A stretch of DNA of 64,000 nt from an uncultured Anaerolineales bacterium. GTDB taxonomy: Bacteria; Chloroflexota; Anaerolineae; Anaerolineales; UBA11858. A program made the position numbers and the translations under genes. Of this stretch, positions 19,174 to 28,923 are shown piece by piece (position 1 is the first letter of the stretch; every line of letters begins with the position of its first letter). The notes under the pieces were generated by a model. That model saw only the letters and a program-made list of their open reading frames with translations, searched no databases and was not told the origin of the DNA. The stretch lies in assembly GCA_964627755.1 (NCBI GenBank), contig CAZVIH010000064.1:29383-93382 (forward strand). Direction: 5' to 3'.

Positions 19174-20211
19174 ATGAGAGATCTAATAGATCAAATTGAG
19201 ATCTGGTTAAAGAATGGACAATCAATCGCCCTGGCAACAGTAATAAATACCTGGGGATCATCGCCACGGCCAGCAGGTGCGGGGATGGCAATCACTGAGG
19301 CCGGCGAAATTACAGGCTCAGTGAGCGGCGGCTGTGTGGAAAGCGCGGTTATTGATAGGGCGATGCAGGTATTAAAAACTGGCCAACCTGAAAGGCTTCA
19401 TTTTGGGGTAGGGGACGATCAAGCCTGGGATGTCGGTTTGTCCTGTGGGGGAGAAATTGATGTTTTCATCCGTCAGTTCAATCAGAATAGTCTGAAGATC
19501 TGGAAAACAGCTCTGTCAAAAACAAAATCTGTATTTGTGGCACTTGTTTTAACGGGGAACGAATCCTGCCGGGGGGCTGATTTGATCATCGATAATACTG
19601 GATTTGTGACCTCTGAAATTTCCCGGGAAACAGCCATAAAATTGAAAGAAATAGCTTGTACAAAATTGACTTCTGGTATCCACCAGATTGATTCCCCCGA
19701 GATCAAAGAAGTCTTCTTCCAGAAGATCCAGCCAGCTCCTGAATTGATCTTGGTTGGTGGGGTCCATATCGCGATTCCCCTGACAACGCAAGCAAAAACA
19801 GTTGGTTTTGAAGTGACCGTCATCGATCCCCGCAGATTATTCAGCACTGAGGATCGTTTCCCTGATATCAAATTATTACTAGCGGAATGGCCAGAGGGAG
19901 CTTTTCAGAAAATCACGATAACAGAATCTTCAGCAATAGTTATGTTAACTCATGATCCTAAAATTGATGATCCGGCTCTGAAGATTGCCCTTAACTCCCC
20001 GGCATTTTATATTGGAGCATTAGGCAGTCGAAAGACACATCAAAAAAGGATTGAACGACTCCAAACTGCCGGACTTTCGAGGAGCCAACTGGATCGAATT
20101 CACGCTCCAGTTGGGCTGAATCTAGGAGGAAAGACCCCGCCTGAGATCGCACTGGGGATTATGGCAGAGATCCTTCAGGTTTGGTTTAGAAGAGAAAAAA
20201 CAGATGATTGA
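19174..20211 (+). CDS. XdhC/CoxI family molybdoenzyme accessory protein
   Basis: TWGSSPRPAG, GSVSGGCVE, GLSCGG, YIGALGSRK, TPPEIALGIMAE. Confidence 0.92.
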   Translation: MRDLIDQIEIWLKNGQSIALATVINTWGSSPRPAGAGMAITEAGEITGSVSGGCVESAVIDRAMQVLKTGQPERLHFGVGDDQAWDVGLSCGGEIDVFIRQFNQNSLKIWKTALSKTKSVFVALVLTGNESCRGADLIIDNTGFVTSEISRETAIKLKEIACTKLTSGIHQIDSPEIKEVFFQKIQPAPELILVGGVHIAIPLTTQAKTVGFEVTVIDPRRLFSTEDRFPDIKLLLAEWPEGAFQKITITESSAIVMLTHDPKIDDPALKIALNSPAFYIGALGSRKTHQKRIERLQTAGLSRSQLDRIHAPVGLNLGGKTPPEIALGIMAEILQVWFRREKTDD

Positions 20212-21058
20212 TGTGGCTCTGGCTTTAGGTGGTGGGGGTTCTAAAGGATACGCCCATTTGGGTGTGATCAGAGCATTGCAGAAGAGAGGATTTAGAATTA
20301 AGGCAATTGCTGGAACGAGCGCCGGTGGAATAGCGGGCACGATAGTTGCGGCTGGATTCTCTCCAGATGAGATTATCGGAAGGATTGCCAATATCCGCCA
20401 GGAAAATCTGTATGGTTTTGGCAAAGGGCCGGCATTGCTCGGGACAAAAGGCATTGAACAGGTCATCTATCAGTTCCTGGAGGATAAGACCTTTTCTGAC
20501 CTGCAAATTCCTTGTGCTCTAACGGCTGTTGACCTCAATAAAATGAAAGAGATCATTATTCAGGAAGGAAAAGTGATAGATGGGGTCATGGCGACCACTG
20601 CGATTCCCGGAGTATTCCCGCCAAGGGAGTGGAAAGAGTATCTGCTGGTGGACGGCATGGTCCTTAATCCTGTTCCGGTAGAGTTAGCCAGATCTTTGGC
20701 ACCATCCCTACCCGTGATTGCTGTCTCCTTGACTCCTGAACCTGAACGATGGACAAATTCCTCGCTCTGGAATACTACTCCCGCGAATCCGCTATTAAGA
20801 CCGATCTCAAAGCTTCGGGTTGCCAAGGCTTTTGATATCTATTTACGCTCGATGGATATCACAATCCATATGCTGGGTGAAAAACGTCTTGAAATCGAAA
20901 ATCCAGATATCCTTATACGACCTGATGTAGGGGATATCGGATCCCTGGATCGTGTGAATATCCCGGAGGTCGCTCAGCTTGGTGATCAAGCTGTCGAACA
21001 AGTTGAAGATGAATTACGGAAGATCTCGAAACGGCGGCGTTGGTATAATCGCAAATAA
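20204..21058 (+). CDS. Patatin-like phospholipase
   Basis: GGGSKG, GTSAG nucleophile, DGM (DGG variant). Confidence 0.9.
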   Translation: MIDVALALGGGGSKGYAHLGVIRALQKRGFRIKAIAGTSAGGIAGTIVAAGFSPDEIIGRIANIRQENLYGFGKGPALLGTKGIEQVIYQFLEDKTFSDLQIPCALTAVDLNKMKEIIIQEGKVIDGVMATTAIPGVFPPREWKEYLLVDGMVLNPVPVELARSLAPSLPVIAVSLTPEPERWTNSSLWNTTPANPLLRPISKLRVAKAFDIYLRSMDITIHMLGEKRLEIENPDILIRPDVGDIGSLDRVNIPEVAQLGDQAVEQVEDELRKISKRRRWYNRK

Positions 21059-21275
21059 ATGATATTTGTTCTCTCTTAGATTTTCCTGATTGAAAAACAA
21101 AAATAAATAAATTGATTCAGCGGGGTTGGGTCAATCCAATCCTCTGGTATCTCATAAAAATTCCATTTTCCATACCAGAGAATGGAATACACATTTCCTG
21201 TAGAAGCCAGTTTTTAGTTTGAGGTAGAATTACTCTTATCATCCAGCCCAGGACGCTGAGTATTTCTTCAAAATT

Positions 21276-22544
21276 ATGAAGATAACCGAACTTCGATTGA
21301 GATACAGGATTATCCCTTACTTGCTGCCTGTTCTGTTTATCAACCAGCTGGTTTCCCCGCGTAAAGTGTGGATGATTTTACTTGTTGGTCTGGCAACGGT
21401 TCTTGTTATAAGTTATTCCTGGGCAGTCACCCTGAAAAATAAGCTAAACTTGAGCCGGGAAATGAGATTTGGCTGGTCCAAAGTCGGAGATCATCTCCAG
21501 GAGAGGTTTAACCTGGATAACTCTGGTTGGGCGCCTGCTGTCTGGATATATCTTGAGGACCATTCAGATCTTGCTGGATATAGTGGAAGTCGTGTGACCC
21601 GGATCGGAGGTAATGCTCATCGCCAATGGTTTGAAAGGGGGTTTTGTGCCCGAAGAGGATTATTCACTATCGGCCCGACCAGCCTGCATACTGGAGATCC
21701 CCTCGGTATTTTTGAAGTGAAGATTGAATATCCAGCGACCTCTAATATGATGGTCATGCCGCCTATCGTAAACTTGCCTGATATCCAAATTGCTCCAGGA
21801 GGTAAGATCGGCGAAGGAATTAATACGACAAAATCCTGGGACCATACAGTGACTGCTTCCGGAGTGAGGGAGTACAACCCGGGAGATAGTCTCAGATATA
21901 TTCACTGGCCAACCTCAGCCCGCAAGGGTGAGTTATTTGTTCGTACTTTTGACAGCACGCCATCCAGTGATCAGTGGATCTTCCTGGATATGTTTAATGA
22001 AGTTCAGGCAGGGGAGGGGGAAAATGCCTCTGAAGAGCACGGAATCATCCTGGCTGCATCACTGATGAATTGGGCGCTGGAAAACGGACGCGCGGTGGGA
22101 TTTGGCGCCAATGGAAAAGAGTTCTCGTGGTTTCAACCCAGGATGGATGAAACTCAGAAATGGATCATCCTTCGGGCCCTGGCTCTATTGGATAAAGGGG
22201 AGGATCCCCTTTATCGATTGCTAGAAGCTGCCAGACAATCTCTTCGGTTCCGCTCCAGTATCATTGTCATCACTCCTGACTTAAGCGGCAACTGGCTTAA
22301 TCCTCTTTTGCTTATGAAGAAAAAAGGCATTGTGCCAACAGTATTGCTGCTAAATGCCCCGGCTTTTGGGGGAAAGGGAGATGCTCCTGATGTTCAGAAG
22401 AAACTTGATTCGGTCGGGTTGAATAATTATCTGATAGGTCCGGAATATTTGGACAACATGGAAAAGGAGTTGTCTCCTTCAACACAAAAGCGCCGGGAGG
22501 AATTTAAGGAAACCAGGAAAGTCCACTGGAGGCCGCTGATATGA
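21276..22544 (+). CDS. DUF58 domain (vWA-like) protein
   Basis: GVREYNPGDSLRYIHWPTSAR; N-terminal TM; next to transglutaminase and MoxR genes. Confidence 0.9.
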   Translation: MKITELRLRYRIIPYLLPVLFINQLVSPRKVWMILLVGLATVLVISYSWAVTLKNKLNLSREMRFGWSKVGDHLQERFNLDNSGWAPAVWIYLEDHSDLAGYSGSRVTRIGGNAHRQWFERGFCARRGLFTIGPTSLHTGDPLGIFEVKIEYPATSNMMVMPPIVNLPDIQIAPGGKIGEGINTTKSWDHTVTASGVREYNPGDSLRYIHWPTSARKGELFVRTFDSTPSSDQWIFLDMFNEVQAGEGENASEEHGIILAASLMNWALENGRAVGFGANGKEFSWFQPRMDETQKWIILRALALLDKGEDPLYRLLEAARQSLRFRSSIIVITPDLSGNWLNPLLLMKKKGIVPTVLLLNAPAFGGKGDAPDVQKKLDSVGLNNYLIGPEYLDNMEKELSPSTQKRREEFKETRKVHWRPLI

Positions 22545-24961
22545 AGGCTCTGGGGAAGTTTCTGAAGGAAAAGATCTCTCTTAGAGTATCGGTATATCTT
22601 ATACTCAGCTACTTGATCATCTATTTTGTTTTGGTGGGTGTAGAACTTGTTGTTCGAGGTACTTCTGTTGAAGTTCTGCGTCGAATGATCCTTCTTGGTG
22701 TTGTCACAGGATGGCTGCTGGGTCGGTCTTCTATTAAATTCTGGCAAGCGCTCTTGATATCTATGGTTACTGGTATCCTGTTGACCCTGATTCACGTTGG
22801 CGGGATCGATTCTGCAATTTGGAATTTGATTAAGGCAGGATTCAGCAGCCTCTGGGATTTTGTATTCCATAAAATTGCGCTGGACAGGGTTAAATTGAAT
22901 TTATTACTGACGGTCATTCAAACAAGGTCCCTAGAGATCTATTACGGTTTGCTTCTGTGGGGCAGGGATTTGATAACAGGATTTTATGTATATAACCAGG
23001 TGAGTACACTTCTATCCTGGGGTTATCTGTTGTGGCTGATGGCATCCTGGTTTACCTGGGTCACTTTCAGGAACGATCAGCCAATTTGGGGTTTGATTCC
23101 TACCGGAACGATTCTAGCGATCCTTATGACCTATACGCTAGAAAAAAGGGTTCTGCTGGTCCTGCTCCTGGGAGCTGGATTGATCCTGATTGGTTTGGTC
23201 AACCATGAAGTCCTTCAACGAGAGTGGAAAAAGTTGAATATAAAAGGGGCCGCGAATGTAAGGGAGAGGGTCGTTCTGATTGTGGTTGGTTTTTCCTTGT
23301 ACACGATGGTTTTTGCCGGTTTAATGCCATCGATTAAAATCAAGGCGATAGCTGATCCATTCGAAAAGCTGATTTATGGTGAAAGTGAATCTGGAGGAAT
23401 AGGCTCTGATCCTTCAATAGATGTAGGTGGGTTTAACTCCAATCTCTATTCGATTGAACGGGTTGCAGGAATGCCTCGTCAGAAACTGATTGGTACGGGA
23501 CCTGAATTGGCCCAGCGGGTGGTAATGATTGTCCAGTTCCCATCCACGGCTTTTGTAAAAACGGAATTGCCGAATGCTGCCAGGTACTGGAGCTCTTATT
23601 CATATGATAAATATACTGGATCTGGATGGCAGGCCAGCCCAACAGTTGAGGTTGAATACAGCCCTGGCCAGGAAATCATTCCCATCCAGAACGAGAATTT
23701 TGATATAGTCACCCAAAAGATCAGGCTGAGTAATGTCATTAGCGGAACATTATATTCTGCTGGTCCTCCAATTACCGTGGACCAGGATGTATTGGTATCC
23801 TGGCGGACCTTGATCGATGAGCAGCAGAATGGCTATCAAGGAGAAGATCTTTTCGCAGCAACTATTGACCATAACCAGTACCAGGTGCGGTCCCAGGTAT
23901 CCAACGCCAGTGACGAAGACCTGCGGTCAGCGAATGAAATTTTTCCTGAATGGATCGAAGTCAGGTATCTGGATCTCCCGGATACTGTTCCTGATAGAGT
24001 CCTGTTATTAGCGCAGGAAATTGTGGCTAATCAACCTACAAAATACGATCAAGCCAAAGCTATTGAGACCTTTTTAAGGTCTTACCCTTACACTCTGGAT
24101 TTGCCAGCGCCGCCAGCAGATCGGGATGTGGCGGATTATTTCCTGTTTGACCTCCAAACTGGTTATTGTGATTATTATGCGACCGCTATGGTGGTTTTAG
24201 CCCGGGCAGTTGGGTTGCCAGCCAGAGCAGTAGTTGGATACGTAGGTGGACGATACGAGGAAGAGAATGACAGATATCTGGTATCTGAAGCGGATGCCCA
24301 TACCTGGGTGGAAATTTATTTTGGTGTGTATGGATGGATTCCGTTCGAACCAACAGCTGCCAGGAATCTAATCGATGAAGACCAGCTCACACTTCCTCTT
24401 CCTCCAGAATTGGAACAGCTTCCCCAAGCTGTAGATACTATTGAAAAAGGATATTTTCCATGGTTGGAATTGGGCTTGGGATTATTCCTTGTTTTGGTGA
24501 TTGGACTCTGGTTCTGGAACCGGGCCGATCTAGCCCGATTAAGATTCCTGGACACTACCAGCCTGGCGTTAGTTGTTTATCAAAGGATTTTCAGGTACTG
24601 CCGCTGGATGGGATTAGGCCATCATAAATCAGATACTTTGTATGAATTTAGCTCTCAGGTAAAGAATAAATTCAAAGATCTGACCGGTGGACCGCGCAGG
24701 GCAAAACAATTTCAAGATGTATATCATGAAATGGATCAATTAACCAGGATTACTGTGCTGGCAAATTACAGTGATCTGCCACTCATTGAAGAACAAAAAG
24801 TCAGGATTATAAAGATCTGGAAGAAACTGCGGGTCCAGTTGAGGAGAGCGACCTGGTTATCGGCTTGGAAAACTTTCAGGATCAGGATGTTCAAACTTGA
24901 ACGAAAAACAGACCAGATGGATGATATATTAGGAAATGGAGCAGCTGATGGAAACCGTTAA
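22541..24961 (+). CDS. Membrane transglutaminase-like protein (TgpA/DUF3488-DUF4129 architecture)
   Basis: Multi-TM N-terminus; GYCDYYAT (Cys), AHTWVE (His) and FEPT triad. Confidence 0.88.
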   Translation: MKALGKFLKEKISLRVSVYLILSYLIIYFVLVGVELVVRGTSVEVLRRMILLGVVTGWLLGRSSIKFWQALLISMVTGILLTLIHVGGIDSAIWNLIKAGFSSLWDFVFHKIALDRVKLNLLLTVIQTRSLEIYYGLLLWGRDLITGFYVYNQVSTLLSWGYLLWLMASWFTWVTFRNDQPIWGLIPTGTILAILMTYTLEKRVLLVLLLGAGLILIGLVNHEVLQREWKKLNIKGAANVRERVVLIVVGFSLYTMVFAGLMPSIKIKAIADPFEKLIYGESESGGIGSDPSIDVGGFNSNLYSIERVAGMPRQKLIGTGPELAQRVVMIVQFPSTAFVKTELPNAARYWSSYSYDKYTGSGWQASPTVEVEYSPGQEIIPIQNENFDIVTQKIRLSNVISGTLYSAGPPITVDQDVLVSWRTLIDEQQNGYQGEDLFAATIDHNQYQVRSQVSNASDEDLRSANEIFPEWIEVRYLDLPDTVPDRVLLLAQEIVANQPTKYDQAKAIETFLRSYPYTLDLPAPPADRDVADYFLFDLQTGYCDYYATAMVVLARAVGLPARAVVGYVGGRYEEENDRYLVSEADAHTWVEIYFGVYGWIPFEPTAARNLIDEDQLTLPLPPELEQLPQAVDTIEKGYFPWLELGLGLFLVLVIGLWFWNRADLARLRFLDTTSLALVVYQRIFRYCRWMGLGHHKSDTLYEFSSQVKNKFKDLTGGPRRAKQFQDVYHEMDQLTRITVLANYSDLPLIEEQKVRIIKIWKKLRVQLRRATWLSAWKTFRIRMFKLERKTDQMDDILGNGAADGNR

Positions 24962-25901
24962 GGAACTGACAACAACATTAGTACAGAATATTGAAAAAGT
25001 AATCATCGGCAAACGGCGGGCTGTTCAGCTGGTTGTGCTGGGGTTGATCTGTGAAGGCCACGTCCTGATCGAAGATGTGCCCGGTGTCGGAAAAACTATG
25101 CTGGCCCGGAGTTTGGCGCGCTCTTTGAATTGCTCCTTCAGCAGAATCCAGTGCACTCCAGATATGCTGCCGAGTGATATTACAGGGGTAGAAATCTATG
25201 ATCAATCCACCGGCGAATTCAGATTCTTACCTGGTCCGATCCTCAACCAGATCATTCTGGCAGATGAAATCAACCGGGCCACGCCCAAAACCCAGTCAGC
25301 TTTATTGGAAGCGATGCAGGAGCGACAGGTAACGGTTAGCGGTGAAACACATCTAATTCCGAAACCTTTTATGGTGTTGGCTACCCAAAACCCGATCGAG
25401 TATGAGGGAACTTTCCCTCTCCCGGAAGCCCAGCTGGACCGTTTTATGGTTAAAGTTAATATTGGGTATCCCGGAATTACAGAAGAAATTGCTGTTATAG
25501 CAAATCAGCAAACCGCCCACCCGATTGATTCCATTCAGCAAGTGACTAATCCAGAGAAGATCATTGAAGTTCAAGAACGGGTTAAAGAGGTATATATTGC
25601 TGAATCTATTAAAAAATATATTGTTGAAATCACCCAGGAAACTCGCTCTGCGGATTCTGTATACCTGGGAGCCAGTCCAAGGGGAAGTTTAGCTCTAGCA
25701 CGAGCTAGTCAGGCTTGGGCTGCGATGTACGGGCGTAAGTTTGTGATCCCGGATGATGTTAAGTTGCTGGCCGAGTCAACTCTGGGGCACCGCGTGATCC
25801 TCAGTTCATCCGCCAGGCTGCAGGAATTGCGAACCGGAGATCTGATCCGAGAAATATTGCGTAATGTACCTGTTCCTGGAGGAGATTTTCGAGGTGAGTA
25901 G
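24948..25901 (+). CDS. MoxR family AAA+ ATPase
   Basis: DVPGVGKT, ADEINRATPKTQSALLEAM, GASPR. Alternative start at 24936. Confidence 0.95.
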   Translation: METVKELTTTLVQNIEKVIIGKRRAVQLVVLGLICEGHVLIEDVPGVGKTMLARSLARSLNCSFSRIQCTPDMLPSDITGVEIYDQSTGEFRFLPGPILNQIILADEINRATPKTQSALLEAMQERQVTVSGETHLIPKPFMVLATQNPIEYEGTFPLPEAQLDRFMVKVNIGYPGITEEIAVIANQQTAHPIDSIQQVTNPEKIIEVQERVKEVYIAESIKKYIVEITQETRSADSVYLGASPRGSLALARASQAWAAMYGRKFVIPDDVKLLAESTLGHRVILSSSARLQELRTGDLIREILRNVPVPGGDFRGE

Positions 25902-26115
25902 GGATTTAAGGGAATATTCAAAGAACACAAAAACCCGCTTGATTCTAGGATTTTTAGCCTTGATCTTCCTGGTTGGAGATGGGTTGATCTTTTTATTTTA
26001 CGGTAAAGAATCCGGGATCCTCAGCCTGATTTGTACCCTAGGGGCGCTGATACCAGTAGGGCTGATCATAATATTCCTGGTGATCGCGGACAGGGTAGTG
26101 AAGAAAAACCAGTAG
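25894..26115 (+). CDS. Small 2-TM hypothetical membrane protein
   Basis: GTG start after GGAGGAG; MSRDLREYS followed by two hydrophobic helices. Confidence 0.6.
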   Translation: MSRDLREYSKNTKTRLILGFLALIFLVGDGLIFLFYGKESGILSLICTLGALIPVGLIIIFLVIADRVVKKNQ

Positions 26116-26145
26116 GATTCTATTTACTTAAAGGTATGATTAAAT

Positions 26146-26179
26146 ATAAATACGGCATCCGAAAGGATGCCGTATTTAT
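26146..26179. terminator. Bidirectional intrinsic terminator
   Basis: ATAAATACGGCATCC-GAAA-GGATGCCGTATTTAT between convergent genes. Confidence 0.85.
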
Positions 26180-26180
26180 T

Positions 26181-28052
26181 TTATACCAGTGTTTGATTGA
26201 GGATCTCTACGATGTCAAATACCTTTATGTCTTCTGCCAGACCCTTTGAGCGCAAAGCGTCGTCAAACATGATTAAGCAGTATGGGCAAGCTGTAGTTAT
26301 TGTATCCGCTTTTAGATCTAGGGCTTGCTGCAACCGATGATGATTAATACGGGTATCTGCAGCTGTTTCCAACCACATGGCACCTCCGCCACCGCCACAG
26401 CAGAAGCTCTCTTGTTTGGCCGCTTTCATTTCGAGTGGGGTCAGATTAGCTTTATTGAGCAAGTCCCGTGGCTGAGAATAGATCTTGTTGTACCGGCCTA
26501 AATAACAGGAGTCATGGAAGGTGAGTCTACCTAATTCTTGGGAGCCGGAACCCTGGAACTGGAGTCCGGGCAGTAACTCAGCCAGGAATTCCACAGCATG
26601 CTGGACCTGAAAATCTCCACCAAATGAAGGGTATTCGTTTTTCAGTGTATTCAATCCATGTGGACAGAGTGTAATAATCTTCTTAAATTGAATTTCAGAG
26701 AATACAGCTATATTCTCCTCGGCAGCTACTTGGAATAGATATTCATTTCCCATCCTGCGGGCAGTTTCGCCGCAGCACATTTCTGCATCTCCAAGAATGC
26801 CGTAATCGACTTTAAGCTTGTTAAGGATTTCAATGAAAGCCCGGGTGACTTTTTGGTTGCGATCGTCGAAGGCGCCAGCGCAGCCGATGAAATAGAGAAC
26901 ATCAACCTTGTCTCCCGGGGAGAGTACTCTGACATCTAATCCATCAGCCCAACTCATCCGATTCTGGGCTGGCATGCCCCAGGGATTTCCCTGGCGTTCA
27001 AAATTCCTCAGTGTTTCACCAACAGTTTGAGGGACTTCTCCTGTCATTAGGACTTGCGCTCTCCGGATGTCAATAACTTGCTCGGGAGGGCGAATAAATG
27101 CCGGGCAGACATCCAGACAGTGGCCGCAGGTTGTGCATGACCAGAGAAATTCTTCCTCCAGTAATTGTGATTGGAACTCATTTTTACTGTCTTTTTGAGG
27201 GGAAATCAAAACAGAAGCCATATTATCCCTGAGCATCAACAGCAATTTTCTGGGTGAATAGGTCAATCCGCTGTTTGTAGCCGGGCAAACCTCTTCGCAG
27301 CGGCCGCACTGCAGGCAGGAATCGAACGCAAGTAAACTTAATGAGGAAAACTCATTGACGGTAGAAGTTCCCAGAACTTCCGCATCCATGATATCCCGAA
27401 TGGTCTCAAGCTCACCTGCAGACCGATCGGACTTCATAAAAATATGGAATGGTGTGAAGATCATATGGCGCATTTTTGTGAAAGGTATACTGGCAGCGAG
27501 CAGCAATCCCAACCCAACATGCAATATGAAAATGTATGAATGGATTGTATTTGCTCCTGAGGGGGAGAGGGCCATTTTTCTCAGTAGAATTGCGACCCAA
27601 TTTCCGATTGGCGACCAGTTGGCCCAGGTAGGATCCCAGATTAAAATTCGGAGTCCTTCAGTGAAGAAACCTACCAGGGGAATACATGCCAGCAGGATCA
27701 AGGCATAAATATCATCCCACGAGTTTTCCATAAATTTTGGACGAATAGCAAGGCGTCTGACTAGAGCCATGATCACACCCACCAGGATGGCAGCGCCTGC
27801 CAGGTCCATGATCAGTTCATAGCCCAAATATACACCTTTGGAAAACAGAGGCCATGTAAAGGGTACAAATAAACCCATTTGCATGATCTTTATGGCTGTA
27901 CCAATCAACTGAATGATAACGCCCCAAAAGATCATAAGATGCATTATTCCGGGATAGATCTTTTTAATCGTCCGGAACTGGCCAAGAGCATAAAGAAGAA
28001 CATCGCCAAGGCGAGACCAGGGTTTTGAAATTCGTTGTTCAGTAGTTGTCAT
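26181..28052 (-). CDS. Membrane heme-b/Fe-S oxidoreductase of the heterodisulfide-reductase family (NarI-like + 2x[4Fe-4S] + 2 CCG; EMO/FadF-like)
   Basis: TM domain with His residues (MHLMIFWG, IHSYIFILH, KMRH); CLQCGRCEEVCP, CTTCGHCLDVCP; GNPWG; MCCGE, FHDSCYLGR, FCCGGGGG, ACPYC. Confidence 0.9.
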   Translation of the reverse strand: MTTTEQRISKPWSRLGDVLLYALGQFRTIKKIYPGIMHLMIFWGVIIQLIGTAIKIMQMGLFVPFTWPLFSKGVYLGYELIMDLAGAAILVGVIMALVRRLAIRPKFMENSWDDIYALILLACIPLVGFFTEGLRILIWDPTWANWSPIGNWVAILLRKMALSPSGANTIHSYIFILHVGLGLLLAASIPFTKMRHMIFTPFHIFMKSDRSAGELETIRDIMDAEVLGTSTVNEFSSLSLLAFDSCLQCGRCEEVCPATNSGLTYSPRKLLLMLRDNMASVLISPQKDSKNEFQSQLLEEEFLWSCTTCGHCLDVCPAFIRPPEQVIDIRRAQVLMTGEVPQTVGETLRNFERQGNPWGMPAQNRMSWADGLDVRVLSPGDKVDVLYFIGCAGAFDDRNQKVTRAFIEILNKLKVDYGILGDAEMCCGETARRMGNEYLFQVAAEENIAVFSEIQFKKIITLCPHGLNTLKNEYPSFGGDFQVQHAVEFLAELLPGLQFQGSGSQELGRLTFHDSCYLGRYNKIYSQPRDLLNKANLTPLEMKAAKQESFCCGGGGGAMWLETAADTRINHHRLQQALDLKADTITTACPYCLIMFDDALRSKGLAEDIKVFDIVEILNQTLV

Positions 28053-28483
28053 GCAGATCCTCCGATGAAAATCTCGCCATCTACGATCGTCAGGGGAATT
28101 TTTTCCAGTGGTGTTGGAGGTGGGCCAGAGATAACTCCACCTTCATAGGGCTCAAAAAAACCTTCATGGCACGGACAATGAATTACCTGGTCAGCAACGT
28201 CCCATTTGCAGATGCATGCAAAATGAGTGCAAACAGCAGAATAAGCCCGGAGGCCTTTGTCCGTATTGATAACAAGAGCCGGGTAGCGCCCAAAAGGAAT
28301 TGTCAGGCTTTCTCCCTGCGGGATATCATCAACTGTGCCTACCCTCACGGGATCTGCGGGGGTTTCTTCCAGGCTGGGAGGATAGAGATAGGCAATAAAA
28401 GGGGCCAGCAATGCAGTAAAACCGGTAGCTGCCAATCCCTTTTTAAGCACGTTTAGGAAGTCTCGACGCGAAATCTCACTCAT
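28049..28483 (-). CDS. Rieske [2Fe-2S] subunit of a cytochrome bc/b6f-type complex
   Basis: Tat motif SRRDFL; CTHFAC and CPCHEG boxes; GPPPTPL. Confidence 0.93.
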   Translation of the reverse strand: MSEISRRDFLNVLKKGLAATGFTALLAPFIAYLYPPSLEETPADPVRVGTVDDIPQGESLTIPFGRYPALVINTDKGLRAYSAVCTHFACICKWDVADQVIHCPCHEGFFEPYEGGVISGPPPTPLEKIPLTIVDGEIFIGGSA

Positions 28484-28879
28484 TTAGCTCACCTCCCCCC
28501 AGATAGTCAGGGCGATAATGATCACAACTGCTATTAGTGATAACCAGAATCTCGTCCTGACCGTCTTTTTCGACTGGTCTGGTTTCTGATCGAGAAAGGG
28601 CCAGATCATGAGCAGGACGATCGCCAGGACTGGCGAAGTCGCACCAATTGTTTCTGGAATAAAACGCAAGAGTTGATATAAGGCCAGAAAATACCATTCA
28701 GGTTTGATATGAAGCGGGGTTTCCATAGGATCTGCAGGTGCACCCAATCCGACGGGGGCAAACAGGCCGATCACACCGATTACAACAACCAGAATGACAA
28801 CTCCCAGGGCGACTTTGGCTTCTAAGGCTACATGGTCCGGGTAAAAAGGAACACCCTTCTCTTGATTGTTTTCAGACAT
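28484..28879 (-). CDS. Cytochrome b6f subunit IV-like (PetD / cytochrome b C-terminal) protein
   Basis: PFYPDH, PADPMETPLHIKPEWYFL (Qo-site PEWY), WPFLD; 3 TM. Confidence 0.9.
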   Translation of the reverse strand: MSENNQEKGVPFYPDHVALEAKVALGVVILVVVIGVIGLFAPVGLGAPADPMETPLHIKPEWYFLALYQLLRFIPETIGATSPVLAIVLLMIWPFLDQKPDQSKKTVRTRFWLSLIAVVIIIALTIWGEVS

Positions 28880-28923
28880 CAGATTACTCCCATTTATTCA
28901 AGCTCTCTAGCACTAACTCGTTG

